Assembly: GCA_964016885.1 (NCBI GenBank)
Contig: OZ024745.1
Span: 82,708,001 to 82,772,000, forward strand
Reading direction: 5' to 3'
DNA length: 64,000 nt
From: Eledone cirrhosa
Taxonomy: Eukaryota
How positions within the stretch are numbered: the stretch's first letter is position 1; each line of letters begins with the position of its first letter. Made by a program: the position numbers and the translations under genes. The notes under the pieces are model-generated. The model worked only from the letters and a program-made list of their open reading frames with translations, made no database searches and had not been told where the DNA came from. Shown here one piece after another: positions 1 through 15,300 of this stretch.

Positions 1-3000
1 TTTAGCACCATTACAGTGGACAATGTAGTCTTACATAACCCCTTTTACCACCATTACAGTGGACAATGTAGTCTTACATAACCCCTTTACCACCATTACA
101 CTGGACAATGTAGTCTTACATAACCCCTTTATCACCATTACATTGGACAATGTAGCCTTACATAACCCCTTTACCATAATTACAGTGGGTAATGCAGTCT
201 TACATAACCCCTTTACTACCATTACAGTGGAAAATGTAATCTTACATAACCCCTTCATCACGATTACAGTGGACAATGTAGCCTTACATAACCCCTTTAC
301 CACTATTACAGTGAACAATGTAGTCTTACATAACCCCTTTACCACCATTACAGTGGACAATGTAGCCTTACATAACCCCTTTACCACCATTAGAGTTTAC
401 AATGTAGTCTTACATAACCCCTTTACCATCATTACAGTTGACAATGTAATCTTACATAACCCCTTTACCACCATTACAGTGGAGAGTGTAGCCTTACATA
501 ACCCCTTTACCACCATTACAGTGGAAAATGTAGTCTTACATAACCCCTCTACCACCATTACAGTGGGTAATGTAGTCTTACATAACCCCTTTACCACCAT
601 TAAAGTGGACAATGTAGTCTTACATAACCCCTTAACCACCATTACAGTGGACAATTCTGTCTTACATAACCCCTTTACCACCATTACAGTGGACAGTGTA
701 GCCTTACATAACCCCTTTACCACCATTACATTGGACAATGTAGCCTTACATAACCCCTTTACCACCATTACAGTGGACAATGTAGTCTTACATAACCCCT
801 TTACCACCATTAAAGTGGACAATGTAGTCTTACATAACCCCTTTACCACCATTACAGTGGACAATTTAGTCTTACATAACCCCTTTACCACCATTACAGT
901 GGACAATGTAGTCTTACATAACCCCTTTACCACCATTACAGTGGAAAATGTAGTCTTACATAACCCCTTTACCACCATTACAGTGGACAATGTAGCCTTA
1001 CATAACCCCTTTACCACCATTACAGTGGACAATGTAGTCTTACATAATCCCTTTACCACCATTACAGTGGACAATTTTGTCTTACATAGCCCCTTTACCA
1101 CCATTACAGTGGACAGTGTAGCCTTACATAACCCCTTTACCACCATTACAGTGGACAGTGTAGCCTTACATAACCCCTTTACCACCATTACAGTGGACAA
1201 TGTAGTCTTACATAACCCCTTTACCACCATTACAGTGCACAATGTAGTCTTACATAACCCCTTTACCACCATTACAGTGGACAATGTAGTCTTACATAAC
1301 CCCTTTACCACCATTACAGTGCACAATGTAGTCTTACATAACCTCTTTACCACCATTACAGTAGACAATGTAGTCTTACATATCCCCTTTATCACCATTA
1401 CAGTGGGTTATGTAGTCTTACATAAACCCTTTACCACCATTACAGTGGACAATGTAGCCTTACATAACCCCTTTACCATCATTACAGTGGACAATGTAGT
1501 CTTACATAAGCCCTTTACCACCATTACAGTGGACAATGTAGCCTTACATAACCCCTTTACCACCATTACAGTGGACAATGTAGTCTTACATAACCCCTAT
1601 ACCACCATTACAGTGGACAATGTAGTCTTACATAACCCCTTTACCACCATTAAAGTGGACAATGTAGTCTTACATAACCCATTTACCACCATTTCAGTGG
1701 ACAATGTAGTATTACATAACCCCTTTACCACCATTACAGTGGAGAGTGTAGCCTTACATAACCCCTTTACCACCATTACAGTGGACAGTGGTGTCTGGCA
1801 TAACCCCTTTACCACCATTACAGTGGACAGTGGTGTCTGACATAACCCCTTTACCACCATTACTGTGGACAATGTAGTCTTACATAACCCCTTTACCACC
1901 ATTACAGTGGACAATGTAGTCTTACATAATCCCTTTACAACCATTACAGTGGATAGTGTTGTCTTACATAACCCCTTTACCACCATTACAGTGGACAATG
2001 TAGTCTTACATAACCCCTTTACCACCATTACGGTGGACAATGTAGCCTTACATAACCCCTTTACCACCATTACAGTGGGTTATGTAGTCTTACATAACCC
2101 ATTTACCGCCATTACAGTGGACAATGTAACCTTACATAACCCCTTTACCACCATTACAGTGGGTTATGTAGTCCTACATAACCGCTTTACCACCATTACA
2201 GTAGACAATGTAGTCTTACATAACCTCTTTACCACCATTACAGTTGACAATGTTGTCTTAAATAACCCCTTTACCACCATTACAGTGTACAATGTAGTCT
2301 TACATAACCCCTTTACAACCATTACAATTGACAATGTAGTCTTACATAACCCCTTTACCACCATTACAGTGGAAATGTAGTCTTACATAACCCCTTTACC
2401 ACCATTACAATGGACAATGTAGTCTTACATAACCTCTTTATCACCATTACAATGGACAATGTAGTCTTACATAACCCCTTTACCACCATTACAATGGACA
2501 ATGTAGTTTTTACATAACCCCTTTACCAGCATTACAGTGGAAAATGTAATCTTACATAACCCCTTTATCACGATTACAGTGGACAATGTAGTCTTACATA
2601 ACCCATTTACCACCATTACAGTGGACAATGTAGTCTTACATAACCCCTTTACCACCATTACAGTGGACAATGTAGCCTTACATAACCTCCTTACCACCAT
2701 TACAGTGGGTAATGTAGTCTTACATAACCCCTTTACCACCATTACAGTGGACAATGTAGTCTTACATAACCCTTTTATCACCATTACAGTAGATAATGTA
2801 GCCTTACATAACCACTTTACCACCATTACAGTGGGTAATGTAGCCTTACATAACCTCTTTACCACCATTTCAGTGGGTAATGTAGCCTTACATAACCCCT
2901 TTACCACCATTACAGCGGACACTGTAGTCTTACATAACCCCTTTACCACCATTACACTGGACAATGTAGTCTTACATAACCCCTTTACCACCATTACAGT

Positions 3001-4700
3001 GGGTTATGTAGTCTTACATAACCCCTTAACCGCCATTACAGTGGACAATGTAACCTTACATAACCCCTTTACCACCATTACAGTAGACAAAGTAGTCTTA
3101 CATAACCTCTTTACAACCATTACAGTTGACAATGTAGCCTTACATAACCTCCTTACCACCATTACAGTGGGTAATGTAGTCTTACATAACCCCTTTACCA
3201 CCATTTCAGTGGGTAATGTAGCCTTACATAACCCCTTTACCACCATTACAGTGGACAATGTAGTCTTACATAACCCCTTTACCACCATTACAGTGGACAA
3301 TGTAGTCTTACATAACCTGTTTACCACCATTACAGTAGACAATGTAGTCTTACATAACCCCTTTAGCACCATTACAGTGGACAATGTAGTCTTACATAAC
3401 CCCTTTTACCACCATTACAGTGGACAATGTAGTCTTACATAACCCCTTTACCACCATTACACTGGACAATGTAGTCTTACATAACCCCTTTATCACCATT
3501 ACATTGGACAATGTAGCCTTACATAACCCCTTTACCATAATTACAGTGGGTAATGCAGTCTTACATAACCCCTTTACTACCATTACAGTGGAAAATGTAA
3601 TCTTACATAACCCCTTCATCACGATTACAGTGGACAATGTAGCCTTACATAACCCCTTTACCACTATTACAGTGAACAATGTAGTCTTACATAACCCCTT
3701 TACCACCATTACAGTGGACAATGTAGCCTTACATAACCCCTTTACCACCATTAGAGTTTACAATGTAGTCTTACATAACCCCTTTACCATCATTACAGTT
3801 GACAATGTAATCTTACATAACCCCTTTACCACCATTACAGTGGAGAGTGTAGCCTTACATAACCCCTTTACCACCATTACAGTGGAAAATGTAGTCTTAC
3901 ATAACCCCTCTACCACCATTACAGTGGGTAATGTAGTCTTACATAACCCCTTTACCACCATTAAAGTGGACAATGTAGTCTTACATAACCCCTTAACCAC
4001 CATTACAGTGGACAATTCTGTCTTACATAACCCCTTTACCACCATTACAGTGGACAGTGTAGCCTTACATAACCCCTTTACCACCATTACATTGGACAAT
4101 GTAGCCTTACATAACCCCTTTACCACCATTACAGTGGACAATGTAGTCTTACATAACCCCTTTACCACCATTAAAGTGGACAATGTAGTCTTACATAACC
4201 CCTTTACCACCATTACAGTGGACAATTTAGTCTTACATAACCCCTTTACCACCATTACAGTGGACAATGTAGTCTTACATAACCCCTTTACCACCATTAC
4301 AGTGGAAAATGTAGTCTTACATAACCCCTTTACCACCATTACAGTGGACAATGTAGCCTTACATAACCCCTTTACCACCATTACAGTGGACAATGTAGTC
4401 TTACATAATCCCTTTACCACCATTACAGTGGACAATTTTGTCTTACATAGCCCCTTTACCACCATTACAGTGGACAGTGTAGCCTTACATAACCCCTTTA
4501 CCACCATTACAGTGGACAGTGTAGCCTTACATAACCCCTTTACCACCATTACAGTGGACAATGTAGTCTTACATAACCCCTTTACCACCATTACAGTGCA
4601 CAATGTAGTCTTACATAACCCCTTTACCACCATTACAGTGGACAATGTAGTCTTACATAACCCCTTTACCACCATTACAGTGCACAATGTAGTCTTACAT
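1..4700. repeat. 80-monomer higher-order repeat (3,361 bp period), partial tandem
   Basis: 1-~1340 is repeated at 3362-~4700 (ORF starts 59 and 3420). 3361 = 80x42+1. Confidence 0.85.
2076..2101. other. Perfect 11-bp inverted repeat in a variant monomer (hairpin/cruciform-capable); copies at ~25019, ~28380, ~41613
   Basis: TGGGTTATGTA-GTCT-TACATAACCCA, read directly from 2076-2101. Confidence 0.9.
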
Positions 4701-7700
4701 AACCCCTTTACCACCGTTACAGTGGACAATGTAGTCTTACATAACCCCTTTACCACCATTACAATGGACAATGTAGTCTTACATAACCCCTTTACCACCA
4801 TTACAATGGACAATGTAGTTTTTACATAACCCCTTTACCAGCATTACAGTGGAAAATGTAATCTTACATAACCCCTTTATCACGATTACAGTGGACAATG
4901 TAGTCTTACATAACCCATTTACCACCATTACAGTGGACAATGTAGTCTTACATAACCCCTTTACAACCATTACAGTGGACAATGTAGCCTTACATAACCA
5001 CCTTACCACCATTACAGTGGGTAATGTAGTCTTACATAACCCCTTTACCACCATTACAGTGGACAATGTAGTCTTACATAACCCTTTTATCACCATTACA
5101 GTAGACAATGTAGCCTTACATAACCACTTTACCACCATTACAGTGGGTAATGTAGCCTTACATAACCTCTTTACCACCATTTCAGTGGGTAATGTAGCCT
5201 TACATAACCCCTTTACCACCATTACAGAGGACAATGTAGTCTTACATAACCCCTTTGCCACCATTACAGTGGACAATGTAGTCTTACATAACCCCTTTAC
5301 CACCATTACAGTGGACATTGTAGTCTTACATAGCCCCTTTACCACCATTACAGTGGACAATGTAGTCTTACATAACACATTTACCACCATTACAGTGGAC
5401 AATGTAGCCTTACATAACCCCTTTACCACCGTTACAGTGGACACTGTAGTCTTACATAACCCCTTTACCTCCATTATAGTGGACAATTTTGTCTTACATA
5501 ACCCCTTTACCACCATTACAGTGGACAATGTAGCCTTACATAACCCCTTTACCACTATTACAGTGAACAATGTAGTCTTACATAACCCCTTTACCACCAT
5601 TACAGTGGACAATGTAGCCTTACATAACCCCTTTACCACCATTAGAGTTTACAATGTAGTCTTACATAACCCCTTTACCATCATTACAGTTGACAATGTA
5701 ATCTTACATAACCCCTTTACCACCATTACAGTGGAGAGTGTAGCCTTACATAACCCCTTTACCACCATTACAGTGGAAAATGTAGTCTTACATAACCCCT
5801 CTACCACCATTACAGTGAGTAATGTAGTCTTACATAACCCCTTTACCACCATTAAAGTGGACAATGTAGTCTTACATAACCCCTTAACCACCATTACAGT
5901 GGACAATTTTGTCTTACATAACCCCTTTACCACCATTACAGTGGACAGTGTAGCCTTACATAACCCCTTTACCACCATTACATTGGACAATGTAGCCTTA
6001 CATAACCCCTTTACCACCATTACAGTGGACAATGTAGTCTTACATAACCCCTTTACCACCATTAAAGTGGACAATGTAGTCTTACATAACCCCTTTACCA
6101 CCATTACAGTGGACAATTTAGTCTTACATAATCCCTTTACCACCATTACAGTGGACAATGTAGTCTTACATAACCCCTTTACCACCATTACAGTGGAAAA
6201 TGTAGTCTTACATAACCCCTTTACCACCATTACAGTGGACAATGTAGCCTTACATAACCCCTTTACCACCATTACAGTGGACAATGTAGTCTTACATAAT
6301 CCCTTTACCACCATTACAGTGGACAATTTTGTCTTACATAGCCCCTTTACCACCATTACAGTGGACAGTGTAGCCTTACATAACCCCTTTACCACCATTA
6401 CAGTGGACAGTGTAGCCTTACATAACCCCTTTACCACCATTACAGTGGACAATGTAGTCTTACATAACCCCTTTACCACCATTACAGTGCACAATGTAGT
6501 CTTACATAACCCCTTTACCACCATTACAGTGGACAATGTAGTCTTACATAACCCCTTTACCACCATTACAGTGCACAATGTAGTCTTACATAACCCCTTT
6601 ACCACCGTTACAGTGGACAATGTAGTCTTACATAACCCCTTTACCACCATTACAATGGACAATGTAGTCTTACATAACCCCTTTACCACCATTACAATGG
6701 ACAATGTAGTTTTTACATAACCCCTTTACCAGCATTACAGTGGAAAATGTAATCTTACATAACCCCTTTATCACGATTACAGTGGACAATGTAGTCTTAC
6801 ATAACCCATTTACCACCATTACAGTGGACAATGTAGTCTTACATAACCCCTTTACAACCATTACAGTGGACAATGTAGCCTTACATAACCACCTTACCAC
6901 CATTACAGTGGGTAATGTAGTCTTACATAACCCCTTTACCACCATTACAGTGGACAATGTAGTCTTACATAACCCTTTTATCACCATTACAGTAGACAAT
7001 GTAGCCTTACATAACCACTTTACCACCATTACAGTGGGTAATGTAGCCTTACATAACCTCTTTACCACCATTTCAGTGGGTAATGTAGCCTTACATAACC
7101 CCTTTACCACCATTACAGAGGACAATGTAGTCTTACATAACCCCTTTGCCACCATTACAGTGGACAATGTAGTCTTACATAACCCCTTTACCACCATTAC
7201 AGTGGACATTGTAGTCTTACATAGCCCCTTTACCACCATTACAGTTTGACAATGTAGTCTTACATAACACATTTACCACCATTACAGTGGACAATGTAGC
7301 CTTACATAACCCCTTTACCACCGTTACAGTGGACAATGTAGTCTTACATAACCCCTTTACCTCCATTATAGTGGACAATTTTGTCTTACATAACCCCTTT
7401 ACCACCATTACAGTGGACAATGTAGCCTTACATAACCCCTTTACCACTATTACAGTGAACAATGTAGTCTTACATAACCCCTTTACCACCATTACAGTGG
7501 ACAATGTAGCCTTACATAACCCCTTTACCACCATTAGAGTTTACAATGTAGTCTTACATAACCCCTTTACCATCATTACAGTTGACAATGTAATCTTACA
7601 TAACCCCTTTACCACCATTACAGTGGAGAGTGTAGCCTTACATAACCCCTTTACCACCATTACAGTGGAAAATGTAGTCTTACATAACCCCTCTACCACC

Positions 7701-9300
7701 ATTACAGTGAGTAATGTAGTCTTACATAACCCCTTTACCACCATTAAAGTGGACAATGTAGTCTTACATAACCCCTTAACCACCATTACAGTGGACAATT
7801 TTGTCTTACATAACCCCTTTACCACCATTACAGTGGACAGTGTAGCCTTACATAACCCCTTTACCACCATTACATTGGACAATGTAGCCTTACATAACCC
7901 CTTTACCACCATTACAGTGGACAATGTAGTCTTACATAACCCCTTTACCACCATTAAAGTGGACAATGTAGTCTTACATAACCCCTTTACCACCATTACA
8001 GTGGACAATTTAGTCTTACATAATCCCTTTACCACCATTACAGTGGACAATGTAGTCTTACATAACCCCTTTACCACCATTACAGTGGAAAATGTAGTCT
8101 TACATAACCCCTTTACCACCATTACAGTGGACAATGTAGCCTTACATAACCCCTTTACCACCATTACAGTGGACAATGTAGTCTTACATAATCCCTTTAC
8201 CACCATTACAGTGGACAATTTTGTCTTACATAGCCCCTTTACCACCATTACAGTGGACAGTGTAGCCTTACATAACCCCTTTACCACCATTACAGTGGAC
8301 AGTGTAGCCTTACATAACCCCTTTACCACCATTACAGTGGACAATGTAGTCTTACATAACCCCTTTACCACCATTACAGTGCACAATGTAGTCTTACATA
8401 ACCCCTTTACCACCATTACAGTGGACAATGTAGTCTTACATAACCCCTTTACCACCATTACAGTGCACAATGTAGTCTTACATAACCCCTTTACCACCGT
8501 TACAGTGGACAATGTAGTCTTACATAACCCCTTTACCACCATTACAATGGACAATGTAGTCTTACATAACCCCTTTACCACCATTACAATGGACAATGTA
8601 GTTTTTACATAACCCCTTTACCAGCATTACAGTGGAAAATGTAATCTTACATAACCCCTTTATCACGATTACAGTGGACAATGTAGTCTTACATAACCCA
8701 TTTACCACCATTACAGTGGACAATGTAGTCTTACATAACCCCTTTACAACCATTACAGTGGACAATGTAGCCTTACATAACCACCTTACCACCATTACAG
8801 TGGGTAATGTAGTCTTACATAACCCCTTTACCACCATTACAGTGGACAATGTAGTCTTACATAACCCTTTTATCACCATTACAGTAGACAATGTAGCCTT
8901 ACATAACCACTTTACCACCATTACAGTGGGTAATGTAGCCTTACATAACCTCTTTACCACCATTTCAGTGGGTAATGTAGCCTTACATAACCCCTTTACC
9001 ACCATTACAGAGGACAATGTAGTCTTACATAACCCCTTTGCCACCATTACAGTGGACAATGTAGTCTTACATAACCCCTTTACCACCATTACAGTGGACA
9101 TTGTAGTCTTACATAGCCCCTTTACCACCATTACAGTGGACAATGTAGTCTTACATAACACATTTACCACCATTACAGTGGACAATGTAGCCTTACATAA
9201 CCCCTTTACCACCGTTACAGTGGACAATGTAGTCTTACATAACCCCTTTACCTCCATTATAGTGGACAATTTTGTCTTACATAACCCCTTTACCACCATT
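3630..9300. repeat. 45-monomer higher-order repeat, ~3 tandem units (1,891/1,892 bp)
   Basis: Cassette starts at 4849, 6740 and 8632. 1891 = 45x42+1. The TTAGAGTTTAC marker is at ~3751, ~5642 and ~7534. Confidence 0.88.
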
Positions 9301-12300
9301 ACAGTGGACAGTGTAGCCTTACATAACCCCTTTACCACCATTACAGTGGACAGTGTAGCCTTACATAACCCCATTACCACCATTACAGTGGACAATGTAG
9401 TCTTACATAACCCCTTTACCACCATTACAGTGGACAATGTAGCCTTACATAACCTCTTTACCACCATTACAGTGGACAGTGTAGCCTTACATAACCCCTT
9501 TACCACCATTACAGTGGACAATGTAGTCTTACATAACCACTTTACCACCATTACAGTTGACAATGTAGTCTTACATAACCCCTTTACCACCATTACAGTT
9601 GACAATGTAATCTTGCATAACCCCTTTACCACTATTACAGTGGACAGTGTAGCCTTACATAACCCCTTTACCACCATTACAGTTGACAATGTAGTCTTAC
9701 ATAACCCCTTTACCACCATTACAGTTGACAACGTAATCTTACATAACCCCTTTACCACCATTACAGTGGACAGTGTAGCCTTACATAACCCCTCTACCAC
9801 CATTACAGTGGGTAATGTAGTCTTACATAACCCCTTTACCACCATTACAGTGGACAATGTAGTCTTACATAACCCCTTTACCACCATTACAGTGGACAAT
9901 GTAGTCTTACATAACCTGTTTACCACCATTACAGTAGACAATGTAGTCTTACATAACCCCTTTAGCACCATTACAGTGGACAATGTAGTCTTACATAACC
10001 CCTTTTACCACCATTACAGTGGACAATGTAGTCTTACATAACCCCTTTACCACCATTACACTGGACAATGTAATCTTACATAACCCCTTCATCACGATTA
10101 CAGTGGACAATGTAGCCTTACATAACCCCTTTACCACTATTACAGTGGACAATGTAGTCTTACATAACCCCTTTACCACCATTACAGTGGACAATTTTGT
10201 CTTACATAACCCCTTTACAACCATTACAGTAGACAATGTAGCCTTACATAACCCCTTTACAACCATTACAGTGGACAGTGTAGCCTTACATAACCCTTTT
10301 ACCACCATTACAGTGGACAATGTAGTCTTACATAACCCCTTTACCACCATTACAGTGTACAATGTAGCCTTACATAACCCCTTTACCACCATTAGAGTTT
10401 ACAATGTAGTCTTACATAACCCCTTTACCACCATTACAGTGGACAATATAGTCTTACATAACCCCTTTACCAACATTACAGTGGGTAATGTAGTCTTACA
10501 TAACCCCTTTACCACCATTACAGTGGACGGTGTAGCTTACATAACCCCTTTGCCACCATTACAGTGGACAATGTAGTCTTACATAACCCCTTTACCACCA
10601 TTACAGTGGACAATGTAGTCTTACATAACCTCTTTACCACCATTACAGTAGACAATGTAGTCTTACATATCCCCTTCATCACCATTACAGTGGGTTATGT
10701 AGTCTTACATAACCCCTTTACCACCATTACATTGGACAATGTAGCCTTACATAACCCCTTTAACACCATTACAGTGGACAATGTAGTCTTACATAACCCC
10801 TTTACCACCATTACAGTGGACAATGTAGTCTTGCATAACCCCTTTACCACCATTACAGTGGACAATTTAGTCTTACATAACCCCTTTACCACCATTACAG
10901 TGGACAATGTAGTCTTACATAACCCCTTTACCACCATTACAGTGGAAAATGTAGTCTTACATAACCCCTTTACCACCATTACAGTGGACAATGTAGCCTT
11001 ACATAACCCCTTTACCACCATTACAGTGGACAATGTAGTCTTACATAATCCCTTTACCACCATTACAGTGGACAATTTTGTCTTACATAGCCCCTTTACC
11101 ACCATTACAGTGGACAGTGTAGCCTTACATAACCCCTTTACCACCATTACAGTGGACAGTGTAGCCTTACATAACCCCTTTACCACCATTACAGTGGACA
11201 ATATAGTCTTACATAACCCCTTTACCACCATTACAGTGCACAATGTAGTCTTACATAACCCCTTTACCACCATTACAGTGGACAATGTAGTCTTACATAA
11301 CCCCTTCACCACCATTACAGTGCACAATGTAGACTTACATAACCCCTTTCCACCATTACAGTGGACAATGTAGTCTTACATAACCCCTTTACCACCATTA
11401 CAATGGACAATGTAGTCTTACATAACCCCTTTACCACCATTACAATGGACAATGTAGTTTTTACGTAACCCCTTTACCAGCATTACAGTGGAAAATGTAA
11501 TCTTACATAACCCCTTTATCACGATTACAGTGGACAATGTAGTCTTACATAACCCATTTACCACCATTACAGTGGATCATGTAGTCTTACATAACCCCTT
11601 TACCACCATTACAGTGGACAATGTAGCCTTACATAACCTCCTGACCACCATTACAGTGGGTAATGTAGTCTTACATAACCCCTTTACCACCATTACAGTG
11701 GACAATGTAGTCTTACATAACCCTTTTATCACCATTACAGTAGACAATGTAGCCTTACATAACCACTTTACCACCATTACAGTGGGTAATGTAGCCTTAC
11801 ATAACCTCTTTACCACCATTTCAGTGGGTAATGTAGCCTTACATAACCCCTTTACCACCATTACAGAGGACAATGTAGTCTTACATAACCCCTTTGCCAC
11901 CATTACAGTGGACAATGTAGTCTTACATAACCCCTTTACCACCATTACAGTGAACAATGTAGCCTTACATAACCCCTTTACCACCGTTACAGTGGACAAT
12001 GTAGTCTTACATAACCCCTTTACCTCCATTATAGTGGACAATTTTGTCTTACATAACCCCTTTACCACCATTACAGTGGACAGTGTAGCCTTACATAACC
12101 CCTTTACCACCATTACAGTGGACAGTGTAGCCTTACATAACCCCTTTACCACCATTACAGTGGACAATGTAGTCTTACATAACCCCTTTACCACCATTAC
12201 AGTGAACAATGTAGCCTTACATAACCCCATTACCACCATTACAGTGGACAGTGTAGCCTTACATAACCCCTTTACCACCATTACAGTGGACAATGTAGTC

Positions 12301-15300
12301 TTACATAACCCCTTTACCACCATTACAGTTGACAATGTAGTCTTACATAACCCCTTTACCACCATTACAGTTGACAATGTAATCTTACATAACCCCTTTA
12401 CCACTATTACAGTGGACAGTGTAGCCTTACATAACCCCTTTACCACCAATACAGTGGACAGTGTAGCCTTACATAACCCCTCTACCACCATTACAGTGGG
12501 TAATGTAGTCTTACATAACCTCTTTACCACCATTACAGTGGACAATGTAGTCTTACATAACCCCTCTACCACCATTACAGTGGACAATGTAGTCTTACAT
12601 AACCCCTTTACCACCATTACAGTGGAAATGTAGTCTTACATAACCCCTTTACCACCATTACAGTGGACAATGTAGCCTTACATAACCCCTTTACAACCAT
12701 TACAGTGGACAGTGTAGCCTTACATAACCCCTTTACCACCATTACAGTGGACAATGTAGTCTTACATAACCCCTTTACCACCATTACAGTTGACAATGTA
12801 GTCTTACATAACCCCTTTACCACCATTACAGTTGACAATGGAATCTTACATAACCCCTTTACCACCATTACAGTGGACAGTGTAGCCTTACATAACCCCT
12901 CTACCACCATTACAGTGGGTAATGTAGTCTTACATAACCCCTTTACCACCATTACAGTGGACAATGTAGTCTTACATAACCCCTTTACCACCATTACAGT
13001 TGACAATGTAGTCTTACATAACCCCTTTACCACCATTACAGTTGACAATGTAATCTTACATAACCCCTTTACCACCATTACAGTGGACAGTGTAGCCTTA
13101 CATAATCCCTTTACCACCATTAAAGTGGACAATGTAGTCTTACATAACCCCTTTACCACCATTACAGTGGACAATGTAGCCTTACTTAAACCCTTTACAA
13201 CCATTACAGTTGACAATGTGGTCTTACATAACCCCTTTACCACCATTACAATGGACAATGTAGTCTAACATAACCCCTCTACCACCATTACAGTGGGTAA
13301 TGTAGTCTTACATAACCCCTTTACCACCATTACAGTGGACAATGTAGTCTTACATAACCCCTTTACCACCATTACAGTGGACAATGAAGTCTTACATAAC
13401 CTGTTTACCACCATTACAGTAGACAATTTTTGTAGCCTTACATAACCCCTTTACCACCATTACAGTGGACAGTGTAGCCTTACATAACCCCTTTACCACC
13501 ATTACATTGGACAATGTAGCCTTACATAACCCCTTTACCACCATTACAGTGGACAATGTAGTCTTACATAACCCCTTTACCACCATTACAGTGGACAATG
13601 TAGTCTTACATAACCCCTTTACCACCATTACAGTGGACAATTTAGTCTTACATAACCCCTTTACCACCATTACAGTGGACAATGTAGTCTTACATAACCC
13701 CTTTACCACCATTACAGTGGAAAATGTAGTCTTACATAACCCCTTTACCACCATTACAGTGGACAGTGTAGCCTTACATAACCCCTTTACCACCATTACA
13801 ATGGACAATGTAGTCTTACATAACCCCTTTACCACCATTACAATGGACAATGTAGTTTTTACATAACCCCTTTACCAGCATTACAGTGGAAAATGTAATC
13901 TTACATAACCCCTTTATCACGATTACAGTGGACAATGTAGTCTTACATAACCCATTTACCACCATTACAGTGGACAATGTAGTCTTACATAACCCCTTTA
14001 CAACCATTACAGTGGACAAATATCCTTACATAACCACCTTACCACCATTACAGTGGGTAATGTAGTCTTACATAACCCCTTTACCACCATTACAGTGGAC
14101 AATGTAGTCTTACATAACCCTTTTATCACCATTACAGTAGACAATGTAGCCTTACATAACCACTTTACCACCATTACAGTGGGTAATGTAGCCTTACATA
14201 ACCTCTTTACCACCATTTCAGTGGGTAATGTAGCCTTACATAACCCCTTTACCACCATTACAGAGGACAATGTAGTCTTACATAACCCCTTTGCCACCAT
14301 TACAGTGGACAATGTAGTCTTACATAACCCCTTTACCACCATTACAGTGGACATTGTAGTCTTACATAGCCCCTTTACCACCATTACAGTGGACAATGTA
14401 GTCTTACATAACACATTTACCACCATTACAGTGGACAATGTAGCCTTACATAACCCCTTTACCACCGTTACAGTGGACAATGTAGTCTTACATAACCCCA
14501 TTACCACCATTACAGTGGACAATGTAGTCTTATATAACCCCTTTACCACCATTACAGTGGACAATGTAGCCTTACATAACCTCTTTACCACCATTACAGT
14601 GGACAGTGTAGCCTTACATAACCCCTCTACCACCATTACAGTGGGTAATGTAGTCTTACATAACCCCTTTACTACCATTACAGTGGACAATGTAGTCTTA
14701 CATAACCCCTTTACCACCATTACAGTGGACAATGAAGTCTTACATAACCTGTTTACCACCATTACAGTAGACAATTTTGTCTTACATAACCCCTTTAGCA
14801 CCATTACAGTGGACAATGTAGTCTTACATAACCCCTTTTACCACCATTACAGTGGACAATGTAGTCTTACATAACCCCTTTACCACCATTACACTGGACA
14901 ATGTAGTCTTACATAACCCCTTTATCACCATTACAGTGGACAATGTAGCCTTACATAACCCCTTTACCATAATTACAGTGGGTAATGCAGTCTTACATAA
15001 CCCCTTTACTACCATTACAGTGGAAAATGTAATCTTACATAACCCCTTCATCACGATTACAGTGGACAATGTAGCCTTACATAACCCCTTTACCACTATT
15101 ACAGTGGACAATGTAGTCTTACATAACCCCTTTACCACCATTACAGTGGACAATTTTGTCTTACATAACCCCTTTACAACCATTACAGTAGACAATGTAG
15201 CCTTACATAACCCCTTTACAACCATTACAGTGGACAGTGTAGCCTTACATAACCCCTTTACCACCATTACAGTGGACAATGTAGTCTTACATAACCCCTT

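Noticed and set aside
18-26. SOX-type motif (CATTGTC on minus strand) in each monomer
   Set aside because: It is a short motif that is frequently mutated (GACAGT, GGTAAT, GAAAAT, AATTTT), so there is no sign of constraint.
1-84. Origin of the monomer from a 21-bp dimer (TTACA twice, 20/22 bp apart)
   Set aside because: The halves share only TTACA, and the remainder does not align.
2370-3410. Programmed frameshifting or phase variation at T-runs and GGAAATG sites linking ORFs into one giant protein
   Set aside because: The indels are of mixed sign (net +12 over 26.3 kb), do not compensate systematically, are inherited as block markers, and in-frame stops also occur.
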